DNA of 64,000 nt, from the NCBI GenBank assembly GCA_963804995.1, contig CAWDSK010000001.1, positions 224,001-288,000 on the forward strand, in the 5' to 3' direction. The notes under the pieces were generated by a model. It saw only the letters and a program-made list of their open reading frames with translations. It had not been told where the DNA came from and made no database searches. Made by a program: the position numbers and the translations under genes. Each line of letters starts with the position of its first letter. Within the stretch, counting starts at the first letter, position 1. Source of the stretch: an uncultured Acidobacteriota bacterium. Its GTDB lineage: Bacteria > Acidobacteriota > Terriglobia > UBA7540. Below, piece after piece: positions 42,704 through 53,249 of this stretch.

Positions 42704-44187
42704 ATGAAAACCTCTTCGATTGAACCCATCCGGTACTTAAGCCGTGAAGAGATGGATGCGATCCATCAGTCCGCGTTGCGGATTCTCGAGGGCACGGGAA
42801 TGTGGATCGATCACCTCAAGGCGTTGGAATATCTCCGGGAGGCAGGCTGCCGTGTGGACATGGACCGGCGGACCGTGAAGTTCCCGCCTGAAGTCGTGGA
42901 AGCCGCCCTCGCCCGAATGCGCCGCAACTTTCAGGACCCCCACCGCTGGCCCAAGCGGATGCCAGTTCGGTATTCGCAGGTGCGATTTGATGCGCAGCCC
43001 TTTCGGGTGCATGAAGATTTCACGGTCAATGCGGGTGGATTCTCCTGCTTCATCTGGGACATGGACGGCCAACGACGCTACGCCACGCTCGAGGACGTCC
43101 GGCAGTCGCTGAAGCTGGCCGACCAGCTTGACCAGATTGCCTACACCGGTCTGCCCTGTTCCGCCCAGGATGTGCCCGCGCACCTTCGCCCCGTGGTGAT
43201 GGCGGCGGAATTGGTCAAGGCCACGCGGAAATACGGCGGGATCGAGACTTTCAAGCGGCAGGATGTGGCATATGTTGCGCGCATTGGCGAGGTCGTCGCC
43301 GGGAGCCGCGAGGCGCACCGGCGCAATCCGATCCTGGTGGGTTATGCCGAGGCGCGGTCACCCTTGTGCCTGGATGCGGCCATGGCTGACGTGATGCTGG
43401 CCCATCTCGAACTCGGCCTGCCCCAGAGTCTGGACACGATGCCGAATGGCGGGGCCACGGCGCCGATGAGCGCCGCAGGGGTTCTCTCGCGTCGGCCTGG
43501 CGGAAAGCCTGGGAGGTCTGGTGCTGGGATATGCGGTCGATCCTGACGCCACGATGACGATTGACCTGACGCCCGGCTACTGCGACATGCGCTCGATGCA
43601 TTTCGGCTATGCGGGCCCGGAGCGCATGCCGCTGCTTGCGGCACGCGTGCAGCTCATCTCGGAGTATTACGGATGTCCCTCCGGCATCCATGGCGGCAAG
43701 ACAGACGCGTGCGTGCCGGGAATTCAGGTGGGGGTTGAGAAGGCGATCTCGATGTACGTTACGGTGATGGCGGGCGCGATTGGGTTTGGCACCGTCGGCC
43801 ACCTGGAAAACGCCGTCACGTTCTCGCCACTGCAGCTCGTGATCGATAATGAAATCGCCCGCTATGTGCGCCATGCCGTCCGAGGTTTCGAGGTGAACGA
43901 GGAAACACTCGCGCTGAACGTCATCGAGGAGGTGGGTCCGAATGGCCACACCTATGACCACGACCACACCGTTCAGAACTTTCGCAACGTGGAGTTGCTC
44001 TCACCCTTCTTCGACTCCTGGACGTGGGGAGTGGGCGACAGCCTGGATCGGGAACGTTTCGAGAAGCGGGCCGCGGCGAAAGTGCGGCAGTTGCTCGCAC
44101 GCGGAAAGTTCGCCCGTGCTGAGCTCCGAACAGGAGGCCGCGATTGATGAGATTGTGAAGGAAGCCACCATGGACCTGAAGGCCTAA
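42704..44187 (+). CDS. Trimethylamine methyltransferase (MttB) superfamily protein, frameshifts near 43490 and 44100
   Basis: IHQSALRILEGTG, SPLCLD, GATAPMSAAG, GKTDACVPGIQVGVEK, QLVIDNEI, EVNEETLALNVIEEVGPNG. Confidence 0.82.
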
Positions 44188-44406
44188 GGGTAGGGTCACG
44201 GAGTGGCGCGATGACCCGTAAGCGGGCCCCGATTGCCCCAGCCCGAGGTGGGACATCACGCGAGCGCTGCACGGGTGCTTCCGCGCGCGTTGTCCCACAT
44301 AACTAGCGCCCTCCTGCCGAATGCCCGCGGGCGATTTCAGACTTCAAAACTGCCTTGACCTCGCCACCCTCGTCAGCGAAAATCAGCCGTAAGAAAGGAT
44401 TCCACA

Positions 44407-44622
44407 ATGCCTATATGCACCCACTGTGGAGCCAATTGGTCAAAAGGCGAGGTAGGGAAGGACTGTCTCCAATGCGGGGGATATGCTATGGAAGCGCCTT
44501 GCCTCATGTGCGGCGGAAAATGCGGAAGCAAGTGGCAACGCTCGATCCATGACTCACAGGACTCGAACCTTGCACACTGGCATGGGCTCTGCCGGTATGT
44601 GGCGAAAGAGGCGGGCCGTTAA
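44407..44622 (+). CDS. Small Cys-rich putative zinc-binding protein (71 aa)
   Basis: AAGGA SD; CxxC-CxxC-CxxCxxxC...C (8 Cys). Confidence 0.65.
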   Translation: MPICTHCGANWSKGEVGKDCLQCGGYAMEAPCLMCGGKCGSKWQRSIHDSQDSNLAHWHGLCRYVAKEAGR

Positions 44623-44911
44623 TCGAGAAGCGGAAAGGCGGCGCCTGCCTGCATATTAACGGGGAGCAAGAGATGACACCCCGCAAATGCCGGCCAATTC
44701 GCCGGGCTCGAGGCCAATTCTGAGAGTCGGCGCACCGCTTGCTGGCCGACGGGCTCAGCACGCCAGGAGTCACCGTCATCACGGCAGCCTCTCCGCCCGA
44801 TAGAGAGCGCAGGTGTTGCGGACGGCTGAGACCACAAGCGTCGACGCCAAGCCGGCAATCGCCACCACGCCGCCGACATCGAACAATCTAAACACCCCCA
44901 GATAGCTTTAA

Positions 44912-47900
44912 TTGAGTGCTAAACGTCATTTCTGCCTCAAGAAACCACCCAAGTTCGCCGATATAACGGATGTGCCAATCTGCAGTCCTAACGCGAAATC
45001 GCCCTTCGTGGTTCTCCTGGCTTGCCTCGCGCTTGCCGCGCCGGTGAAGGCTCAGCAGTACAGTTTTCGCTACTACGGAAACGAGGAAGGTCTCACCAAC
45101 CTGGCCGTGAAAGTCCTCTTTCAAGATCGCACGGGCTTTCTGTGGGTGGGAACTGAAAACGGTCTGTTCCGGTTTGACGGGCAGTCGTTTCAGCGTTACG
45201 GAGACGACGACGGTCTTTCCCGAGATACTGTCTTGAGCCTGGGCGAAGCGCCGGACGGCAGTGTGCTGGCGGGGTACCGCGGAGGTGTCTATCAACAGAA
45301 GGGAGAGCGCTTCGAAAAGGTTCTGTTGCCGGACGCCCGCGGCGTTGATGGTTACAGCTCGATTCTTTTTGATGGCACAGTCCGTACCCTCATCGCCACG
45401 GAGCGTGGCCTGGTTGAAGCCACCAGCCCGGGAGGAGGTGGACTCGCTCTTCGCATGCTCGCCACTCCCCCTGGAGCTGGCGGACCTCGCACTCACGGGA
45501 TTTTTCTGGAACGCGGGAAAGTGTGGTTCGGATGCGGCACCAGCCTGTGCCGGATAAGCGGCACAACAGTCGACGTTTTCGGCAAACCCGCAGGTTTGCC
45601 GGAGGGAAACTGGACGAGCATCCGCCGGGATGGCAGCGGCGATTTGTGGATGCATGACGGGCGGAAGTTCGCGGTCCTGCGGCATGAGAACACGCACTTT
45701 GATGTCTCGAATCCAGGGTTCCCGCAAACGGGCGGCGCAGGCCAGATGGAAGTGGATGGTAGGGGCCGATTGCTGGTTCCCACCATCGAAGGCCTGACCA
45801 TTAACCAAGGGCGGCACTTCCGAACCGTGGGCGGCCGCGAGGGGCTACGCGGTCCAGTCTATTCCGTGCTGCGCGACCGGGAGGGCTCCCTCTGGCTGGG
45901 CATGGCCGGCCATGGATTAGCAAGGTGGAGAGGTTACGATGAGTGGGAAGCTTTCACTTCCGAAAGCGGTCTGGCGAGCGAGCTGGTCTACCAGATCCTG
46001 CCTCTGAGCGATGGCACGGTTCTCGTCGGTACGGAGGATGGTTTGTTTGCCGGACGGAAGAGCGGAGAAAGATGGACCTGGCAAAGGGACTCCCGGGTGG
46101 GGAGAACCCCGATCCACACGCTGCAACTGGAACAGGACAGAAGCATCTGGCTGGGCACCGAGCGTAATGGCGCGGCCCGCATCGACTCGCGCACCGGGAG
46201 AATCGAGTGGTTCCGGCAGGATCAAGGGCTGGCAGGGTTGCTGCCTTTCGCTCTGGCGCTCGACCGGTCACATCGAGTCTGGGCCGCAACGGAAAAGGGT
46301 CTGTTCGTAGCACAGCTCTCCGAAAAACACTTCCGGCGCGTGGAGGAGGTTCCAGCGGCTCGTTGCTATGCCGTAATCGAGGGACCCGAGGGGGAGATAC
46401 TGGTCGGCTCGGCCTTGGGGGTCTTCCGTTTGGCAGGAGGCCGCTGGCGCCAGATTACGACCGCAGACGGGCTGCGCCACGACGTGGTTCTGACTCTAGC
46501 CGCATCCCGCCCCAACGAATTCTGGGTGGGCTATTGGTACTCCGGCAGCGTGACCCGGGTTCGGGTGGAGGGTGAACGCCTGTCCATGACGCACTATGGC
46601 AGCGAACTGGGTCTGCGGGGGGAAATGACTTACTTCCTCGGCTTCGATGCGCACGGCCAATTGTGGGCAGGAACCGATCAAGGGGTGCGAGTCCTCACTG
46701 GAGACCACTGGGATCAATACGATCACAATGAGGGTTTGATCTGGGATGATTGCGATCACAACGGTTTTGGGGCAGAGCCTGATGGCACGGTGTGGATCGG
46801 CACTAGCGCCGGCTTGGCCCATTTCACCCCCAGGCCACAGACGCGCCAAGTGTCGCCTCCCTCCGTAGCCTTCACTCAACTGACTTTTGGCAGGACCCGA
46901 GTCGACAAAGCGAGCCAGATTTCCGTGGATTACGCTTCGAACTCCCTGGTGGCGCGCTATTCGTCGCTCACGTTCGCCCGCGAAAGTTCCATCCTCTTCC
47001 GCTATCGGCTCCAGCCTCTCTTCAGCGACTGGCGGGAGACTTCGCTGCGGGAGCTGCAGTTTCCGGGCCTGCCGGCCCATGACTACCGGCTGGAGGTCGA
47101 AGCCCGCGACGGTTGGGGCCCATGGAGCAGACAGCCCGCCGTCCTCAGCTTTAAAATCCGGCCGCCCTTGTGGCGCGACTGGCCGATCCTCGGGCTGCTG
47201 TGTTTGATGCTTCCGGCGATTGTGCTCTTTATGCTCGGCCACCGTGAGAAGCGGCAAAAGCAGATCCAGCGGGCACTCAAGGAGGCGGTCGAGGTGCGCA
47301 CGCAGGAACTCGCCCAGGAAAAAACCCGCGCAGATCAGGAGAAAGCCCGCGCCGAGCAGGAAAAGGTGCGTGCTGAAGCCGCCAATCAGCTCAAAAGCGA
47401 ATTCGTGGCCAACATGAGCCACGAGATTCGCACTCCCATGAACGGTGTCCTGGGTATGACCGAACTCCTGCTGGATACGGAACTGAATCCCGAGCAGCGC
47501 GAGTACGTGGACATGGTGCGGGCCTCCGGTGAAGCACTCCTCGCCATCATCAATGACATCCTGGACTTCTCCAAAATCGAGGCCGGCAAGATCGAGTTGG
47601 AATCGATCGATTTCAAGCTGCGCGGCAGCGTCGAGCCCACCCTCAAGACGTTAGCCTTGCGTGCGCATCAGAAAGGCCTGGAGCTGAACTATGTTGTCGA
47701 GCCTTTCGTCCCCGAAGGTCTGCTGGGTGATCCTGGCCGCTTGCGCCAAGTCTTGATCAATCTCATCGGCAACGCCTTGAAATTCACCGAAAAGGGTGAG
47801 GTCAATCTGATTGTCCAGCGGGAGTCCGTGGACCGGGACTCTGTGTGCCTTCACTTTCTCGTACAGGACACCGGCATCGGCATCCCAGCGGAGAAACAGC

Positions 47901-48928
47901 AAGCCGTCTTCGAAGCCTTTCAGCAAGCTGACGGTTCTACCGCCCGCCGCTTCGGGGGCACGGGTTTGGGGCTGACGATCTGCCGCCGGCTCGTAGAGAT
48001 CATGGGGGGGCGCATCTGGGTGGAGAGCACCCCCGGCCACGGCAGCACTTTCCACTTTACCGCCCGCTTCAGGATCTCCACCGCCTCGGATTCCTTCGAG
48101 CCGGCGGAGAAGATCCGGCTGCTGGGCACACGGGTGTTGGTGGTGGACAACAACTATACCAACCGCCGTATTCTGGGGAGCATGCTTACGAATTGGGGCA
48201 TGCGGCCCACCTTAGAAAAAGATGGCAGGGCGGCGCTCGCAGCCTTGGAGCGGGCGCTGGAAGTGCGCGAGCCCTTCTCCCTGATTCTTACCGACTGTCA
48301 TATGCCAGAAATGGATGGGTTCGAGCTGGCCAAGGCGGTTGGAAATGACCCGGCACTGGCCGGCCCCACCGTCATCATGCTGACCTCAGCGGGGCAGCGG
48401 GGTGACGCGGCACGTTGCCGCGAACTTGGATTGGCGGGTTATCTCACCAAGCCCGTTGGCCAAGCGGAACTGCTGGAAGCTATCCTGTGCGCGCTGCGCT
48501 CAAGGCACCCTGACGCAAAGCTGGATTTGGTAACTCAGCACTCGTTGCGCGAGGAGAAGAGACACTTGCACATCCTGCTGGCAGAAGACAATCCGGTAAA
48601 TCAAACGATGACCGTGCGCCTGCTCGAAAAACACGGCCACCAAGTGGTCGTAGCCGCCAATGGGCGTGAAGCGGTCGACCGGCACGAAAAGGAAGACTTC
48701 GACTTGATCCTGATGGACGTACAAATGCCGGGCATGGATGGGTTCGAAGCCACGGCCACCATTCGCGAGCAGGAGAAAATCAGCTCCCGCCATATACCCA
48801 TCATCGCCATGACCGCTCATGCCATGCACGGCGACCGCGAACGCTGTCTGGCTGCGGGCATGGACGGCTATCTCTCCAAACCCGTTAATTTGAAGGATCT
48901 TTTCGCAGCGGTTGAGGGAGCGGTGTAA
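44912..48928 (+). CDS. Hybrid sensor histidine kinase (beta-propeller/Y_Y_Y sensor, HisKA, HATPase, two REC domains)
   Basis: [15 protein letters not shown] repeats, [25 protein letters not shown], two receiver domains; start approximate. Confidence 0.93.
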   Translation: MSAKRHFCLKKPPKFADITDVPICSPNAKSPFVVLLACLALAAPVKAQQYSFRYYGNEEGLTNLAVKVLFQDRTGFLWVGTENGLFRFDGQSFQRYGDDDGLSRDTVLSLGEAPDGSVLAGYRGGVYQQKGERFEKVLLPDARGVDGYSSILFDGTVRTLIATERGLVEATSPGGGGLALRMLATPPGAGGPRTHGIFLERGKVWFGCGTSLCRISGTTVDVFGKPAGLPEGNWTSIRRDGSGDLWMHDGRKFAVLRHENTHFDVSNPGFPQTGGAGQMEVDGRGRLLVPTIEGLTINQGRHFRTVGGREGLRGPVYSVLRDREGSLWLGMAGHGLARWRGYDEWEAFTSESGLASELVYQILPLSDGTVLVGTEDGLFAGRKSGERWTWQRDSRVGRTPIHTLQLEQDRSIWLGTERNGAARIDSRTGRIEWFRQDQGLAGLLPFALALDRSHRVWAATEKGLFVAQLSEKHFRRVEEVPAARCYAVIEGPEGEILVGSALGVFRLAGGRWRQITTADGLRHDVVLTLAASRPNEFWVGYWYSGSVTRVRVEGERLSMTHYGSELGLRGEMTYFLGFDAHGQLWAGTDQGVRVLTGDHWDQYDHNEGLIWDDCDHNGFGAEPDGTVWIGTSAGLAHFTPRPQTRQVSPPSVAFTQLTFGRTRVDKASQISVDYASNSLVARYSSLTFARESSILFRYRLQPLFSDWRETSLRELQFPGLPAHDYRLEVEARDGWGPWSRQPAVLSFKIRPPLWRDWPILGLLCLMLPAIVLFMLGHREKRQKQIQRALKEAVEVRTQELAQEKTRADQEKARAEQEKVRAEAANQLKSEFVANMSHEIRTPMNGVLGMTELLLDTELNPEQREYVDMVRASGEALLAIINDILDFSKIEAGKIELESIDFKLRGSVEPTLKTLALRAHQKGLELNYVVEPFVPEGLLGDPGRLRQVLINLIGNALKFTEKGEVNLIVQRESVDRDSVCLHFLVQDTGIGIPAEKQQAVFEAFQQADGSTARRFGGTGLGLTICRRLVEIMGGRIWVESTPGHGSTFHFTARFRISTASDSFEPAEKIRLLGTRVLVVDNNYTNRRILGSMLTNWGMRPTLEKDGRAALAALERALEVREPFSLILTDCHMPEMDGFELAKAVGNDPALAGPTVIMLTSAGQRGDAARCRELGLAGYLTKPVGQAELLEAILCALRSRHPDAKLDLVTQHSLREEKRHLHILLAEDNPVNQTMTVRLLEKHGHQVVVAANGREAVDRHEKEDFDLILMDVQMPGMDGFEATATIREQEKISSRHIPIIAMTAHAMHGDRERCLAAGMDGYLSKPVNLKDLFAAVEGAV

Positions 48929-49232
48929 AGCTCCCCGGTGCGCGGTGCGAACACCGGATCCACCCACCGGTAATCGGCAGGAGTTGGCAAGCCTCTTCTC
49001 CCTCGTAAAGGGTCGATTCTCCTCCCCGCAAATGTCGGCTGCGGTTTTTTGCATATTTCGGGTTTGTTACAGCGAATCCACAATCGACGCACGTCCTTCA
49101 CGCCCATATCATTCCCGGTGACCCTCCGCCGCTTCACGATGATTTCCTATTTCTAGGGCGGTTCATTCAAAACGGGTATAATCCGCCGGCAAAGCGGTGT
49201 CGCAACTCCGCCGAGCGAAGGAGAAACCCACG

Positions 49233-50567
49233 ATGAATCGACGTAGCGCCCTCGGAGCTCTTGGGGTGAGTACGACTCTACTGGGAGGCATGGGACCCCT
49301 CACTCTCGCACGCGCGGCAGCAGCGCGCGGTGTGCCTTCCCCCAAAATCGCGGACGTGAAGGTGATACTCACCCAGCCCGACGGAGATCACTTGGTGATC
49401 GTCAAAGTTCTGACCAGCGAGCCGGGGCTGTACGGAATTGGGTGCGCGACACACCGAGAGCGACCCCTGGCCGTTGCCGCCGCCGTCGACCAGTATCTGA
49501 AGCCCCTGGTGGTGGGAAGGCACTGCGACGAAATCGAGGACATCTGGCAATCCGCGTATGTCTCCTCCTATTTCCGCAGCGGGGTCACACTCAACAATGC
49601 TTTGAGTGGGATCGACGGCGCGCTTTGGGACATCCTGGGGAAACGTGCCGGGCTACCACTCTACGCGTTGCTGGGTGGAAAATCTCGGACGGCGGTTCCA
49701 CTCTATAGCCACGCAAGCGCCCTGGAGTTGGCCGACCTTGAGGACCAAGTGCGCAAGTGGATGGCCCAGGGGTATCGCCACGTGCGCGTGCAGCTTGCCG
49801 TTCCCGGGTACTCGGGGTACGGAGTGGCGGGTGCAGCGACTGCGGAGTCCGTCGAGAAGATGCGGCCTGAGGGTGTCGCGCCCTCGCCGGTCTTTGAACC
49901 CACGCCTTATGTGAACAACACCATCCGCATGTTTGAGTACTTGCGCAGCAAGCTGGGGTTTGAGGTGGAATTGCTGCACGATGTGCATGAGCGGGTTCCC
50001 CCCGTGCAGGCGCTCCAACTCGCGAAGACGCTTGAACCCTACCGGTTGTTCTGGCTTGAAGACCCGCTGGCTCCCGAGGATGTGGAGTGGTTCCAGATCT
50101 TGCGCCAGCAAACCAGCACGCCTCTGGCGATGGGGGAACTCTTCGTGAACCGGCACGAGTGGCTGCCGCTGGTGACCAATCGCTGGATCGATTTCATCCG
50201 CATTCACATCTCTGCGGTCGGCGGACTCAACATGGCGCGCAAGGTGGCCGCTTGCTGTGAGTTCTTCAATGTCCGCACCGGCTGGCATGGACCTGGCAAT
50301 GTCTCTCCCGTTGGTCATGCCATAAACATGCATCTGGATCTGGCCTGCTACAACTTTGGAATCCAGGAGCAGAATGTGTTCTCACCAACGGTCCGCGAAG
50401 TTTTCCCGGGCGCGCCTGAAATCCGGGGCGGCTACATGTATGCGAATGACCAGCCAGGATTGGGAATCGATATCGACGAGAAAGTCGCGGCAAGGTTTCC
50501 CTACAAGACTCCCGGTGGCAGTCGGGGTAACGATCGTAGACTGGATGGGACAATTGTGCGGCCATAG
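49233..50567 (+). CDS. Enolase/mandelate-racemase family dehydratase (RspA/ManD-like) with twin-arginine leader
   Basis: MNRRSALG; IEDIWQ, ALWDILGK, LLHDVHER, LEDP, MGELF, WHGP. Confidence 0.85.
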   Translation: MNRRSALGALGVSTTLLGGMGPLTLARAAAARGVPSPKIADVKVILTQPDGDHLVIVKVLTSEPGLYGIGCATHRERPLAVAAAVDQYLKPLVVGRHCDEIEDIWQSAYVSSYFRSGVTLNNALSGIDGALWDILGKRAGLPLYALLGGKSRTAVPLYSHASALELADLEDQVRKWMAQGYRHVRVQLAVPGYSGYGVAGAATAESVEKMRPEGVAPSPVFEPTPYVNNTIRMFEYLRSKLGFEVELLHDVHERVPPVQALQLAKTLEPYRLFWLEDPLAPEDVEWFQILRQQTSTPLAMGELFVNRHEWLPLVTNRWIDFIRIHISAVGGLNMARKVAACCEFFNVRTGWHGPGNVSPVGHAINMHLDLACYNFGIQEQNVFSPTVREVFPGAPEIRGGYMYANDQPGLGIDIDEKVAARFPYKTPGGSRGNDRRLDGTIVRP

Positions 50568-50662
50568 TCCCAGCACCGCAGGTTTTGGTGGGACCTGGAG
50601 CGCTATGGTGCTCTAAGGCGCACTTCTGGGACAAATTGATAGGGACAATTTGACGCTGCCCT

Positions 50663-50832
50663 GTGGCGAAGTTAACTCGCCGCTACATCGCGTAGAGGCG
50701 GCTTTACGCCGCCATGTCCTCAACGTGACCCGCGCCTCTGGCCAGGTGGTGTCGTAGTTTGCCTTTGAGGCGGCGGGATTCACCCCGATTTTAACGAGAC
50801 GCCGCCACGTGGCGAAGTTAACTCGCCGCTAC
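50663..50832. repeat. GTAG-family REP repeats GTGGCGAAGTTAACTCGCCGCTAC (relatives at ~12122-12145 and ~52603-52648)
   Basis: Two direct copies at 50663 and 50809; palindromic, ending in CTAC. Confidence 0.75.
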
Positions 50833-50990
50833 GTCCTTGAATTACCTCTCTCGCCTGCCCCCTTACCAGAGAGAGTTCTTTGCGCGCCTTGCCTCTGCTA
50901 TAATTATCTTTTAAGCCCTCTTACAGGATTGGTCTCTCCGCCGCACGTTGTGGCAGCACTTGAATCAACTGACGGGAGGACGCTCAAACC

Positions 50991-52220
50991 ATGGTCCGCG
51001 ACACCCTCGTTTGTCTTCTAGCCGGTGGTGAAGGTGAGCGCCTATTCCCTCTGACCCGCGACCGCGCCAAGCCCGCCGTTCCTTTCGGCGGCATCTACCG
51101 GATCATTGACGTCACGCTATCCAACTGCATTAATTCCGATCTCCGCCGCATATATGTTTTGACGCAGTACAAGGCACTTTCTCTGAATCGCCACTTGCGG
51201 GAAGGCTGGAGCATCCTGGGGCACGAGATCGGTGAATTCATAACCGTGTTGCCGCCCATGAAGCGCGTAGGCGAGCACTGGTACCAGGGCACCGCGGACG
51301 CCATCTATCAGAACCTCTACTCGATCGGCAGCGAGCCCTGCAAATACGTCCTGATTCTCTCCGGCGACCACGTTTACAAGATGAACTATCAACCGATGCT
51401 CAGGCAGCACCTGGACGCGGGTGCGGGCGTGACCGTGGGCACGATTGAATTCGACCGCAAGGAAGCTTCGCGCTTCGGGGTGTGTGATGTGGATGCCTCG
51501 GGACGCATCGTCGCCTGGCAGGAGAAGCCCGCCGTCCCGAAGCCCACCGCGCATGATCCCACCAAGTGCCACGTCTCGATGGGCATTTACTGCTTCAATC
51601 GCGACCTTTTGATTGAAACCCTGCTGGCGGACGCTGACAACCCCACCTCGCATCACGACTTCGGGAAGGATATTATCCCCAAGCTGATCGAGCAGGGCCG
51701 TGTTTATTCCTTCAACTTCATCGACGAGAACAAACAGCAAGCGCTCTACTGGCGGGACATTGGAACGATTGAGGCCTACTACGAGGCCAACATGGACCTG
51801 GTCTCGGTTTCGCCGGTCTTCAATCTGTACGACTCCGTGTGGCCCATCCGCGGCTACCAGCGGCAATACCCGCCCGCCAAATTCGTTTTCGCGCAGGAAG
51901 GCCGCCGCATGGGAATCGCCGTGGACTCCATTGTCTCCATGGGCTCCATCATCTCCGGCGGACGCGTCACCAATTCCGTGGTTTCGCCCGACGTGCGCGT
52001 CAACAGCTACACGGAAATCGAAAGCTCCATCCTTTTCTCCCACGTCAATATCGGCCGCTATTCGCGCATCCGGCGCGCCATCCTCGACCGCCACATGCAC
52101 ATTCCTGAACATACCGAAATCGGTTACGACCTCGAAGAAGACCGCGAGAAATATCACGTCACCGAAACCGGAATTGTCGTTGTCGTCCCTGAACAGAGAA
52201 TGTTTGAAGAGCCGGAGTAG
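50991..52220 (+). CDS. glgC: Glucose-1-phosphate adenylyltransferase
   Basis: LAGGEGERLFPLTRDRAKPAVPFGG, WYQGTADAIYQN, SMGIY, DFGKDIIP, YWRDIGT. Confidence 0.95.
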   Translation: MVRDTLVCLLAGGEGERLFPLTRDRAKPAVPFGGIYRIIDVTLSNCINSDLRRIYVLTQYKALSLNRHLREGWSILGHEIGEFITVLPPMKRVGEHWYQGTADAIYQNLYSIGSEPCKYVLILSGDHVYKMNYQPMLRQHLDAGAGVTVGTIEFDRKEASRFGVCDVDASGRIVAWQEKPAVPKPTAHDPTKCHVSMGIYCFNRDLLIETLLADADNPTSHHDFGKDIIPKLIEQGRVYSFNFIDENKQQALYWRDIGTIEAYYEANMDLVSVSPVFNLYDSVWPIRGYQRQYPPAKFVFAQEGRRMGIAVDSIVSMGSIISGGRVTNSVVSPDVRVNSYTEIESSILFSHVNIGRYSRIRRAILDRHMHIPEHTEIGYDLEEDREKYHVTETGIVVVVPEQRMFEEPE

Positions 52221-52976
52221 GACAGTAGGCACCGATTTCTTTCCACCACCAAGACACAAAGACACCAAGAAAACTGGGGATTGAATCGCACACTCCCGGT
52301 TAACAGTCCTGGCTTGACAACTTCTCAGCACCACCCCGGCGCTCGGAGCGCCGGGGTGGTTACAGTGGGGCCTGGTTCAAGGCGGCGCGGGACTCTTCTC
52401 TTCCAGCTATTCCTTTGTGGCTTGGTGTCTTGGTGGTAAAACCTTGCGGTCTTCCTCGCCGAGTCCGCCAATCAGGATGGCGGACGGTGGGCAACCGTCC
52501 GGTGGCGCTGTAAAGGGTCCTGAACCGTTGCCTTTTCCTGTCACTCGCCCCTCGTCACTTGTCACTGCCTTGGATGACCCCGAGTTCCTGCTGCGCCTCT
52601 GCGTAGCGGCGAGTTTACCTCGCCATGGCGGGATAAACCCGCCGCTACGAGTTCAAATTGACCCGCTACCCAACGTCGTTACGAATCCTGCCAGGCCGAA
52701 GACGGCACGCCGATGCCTCGGGGTGCCCCACAAACCCGGGCAACACTTCTGTCACCGCATCCAATCCGTGGCCGGTTCCGGCTTCGGTAGCACAGGCACT
52801 CTTGCCTGTGGCTAGGGCTGATGCATTCCATGCATAGGACACAGGCAGGAGTGCCTGTGCTACCATCTCACGGCTTGTTCATGAGGGCTCTTTCCACCGC
52901 TTCCGGGTTTCTCGCGTCAAGTAGGCGCGCCCCGCGCTTTCCGGACGCCTGCGCCACCCACGAAACGACAAGCCTC

Positions 52977-53249
52977 TCACTCACTTTCAGTGATGATTGT
53001 CAGCCCGGGTATGCCGTGAAAATCCTTGGAGTTGTGAGTTACAAGCGGGCAGGCGTATTCGATGGCGGTAGCAGCAATCCAGGCATCCTCGGCGGAGATC
53101 GGTTGCCGCCTCCGCCAGAACCGAACTTCGCCCCATCGTGAGCATAGCTTCCTGTCTGACGGAATCACCACGAACAGGCCTTGAATCTCGTCGAGATAGC
53201 GGCGCTTCTCAGCACCCCAGTTGCCGCGCGAGGCCCCTTCGTATAGTTC
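52977..53249 (-). pseudogene. VapC/PIN toxin truncated by the adjacent IS
   Basis: ELYEGA...DAWIAATAIEYACPLVTHNSKDF; 5' part replaced by the IS end. Confidence 0.8.
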
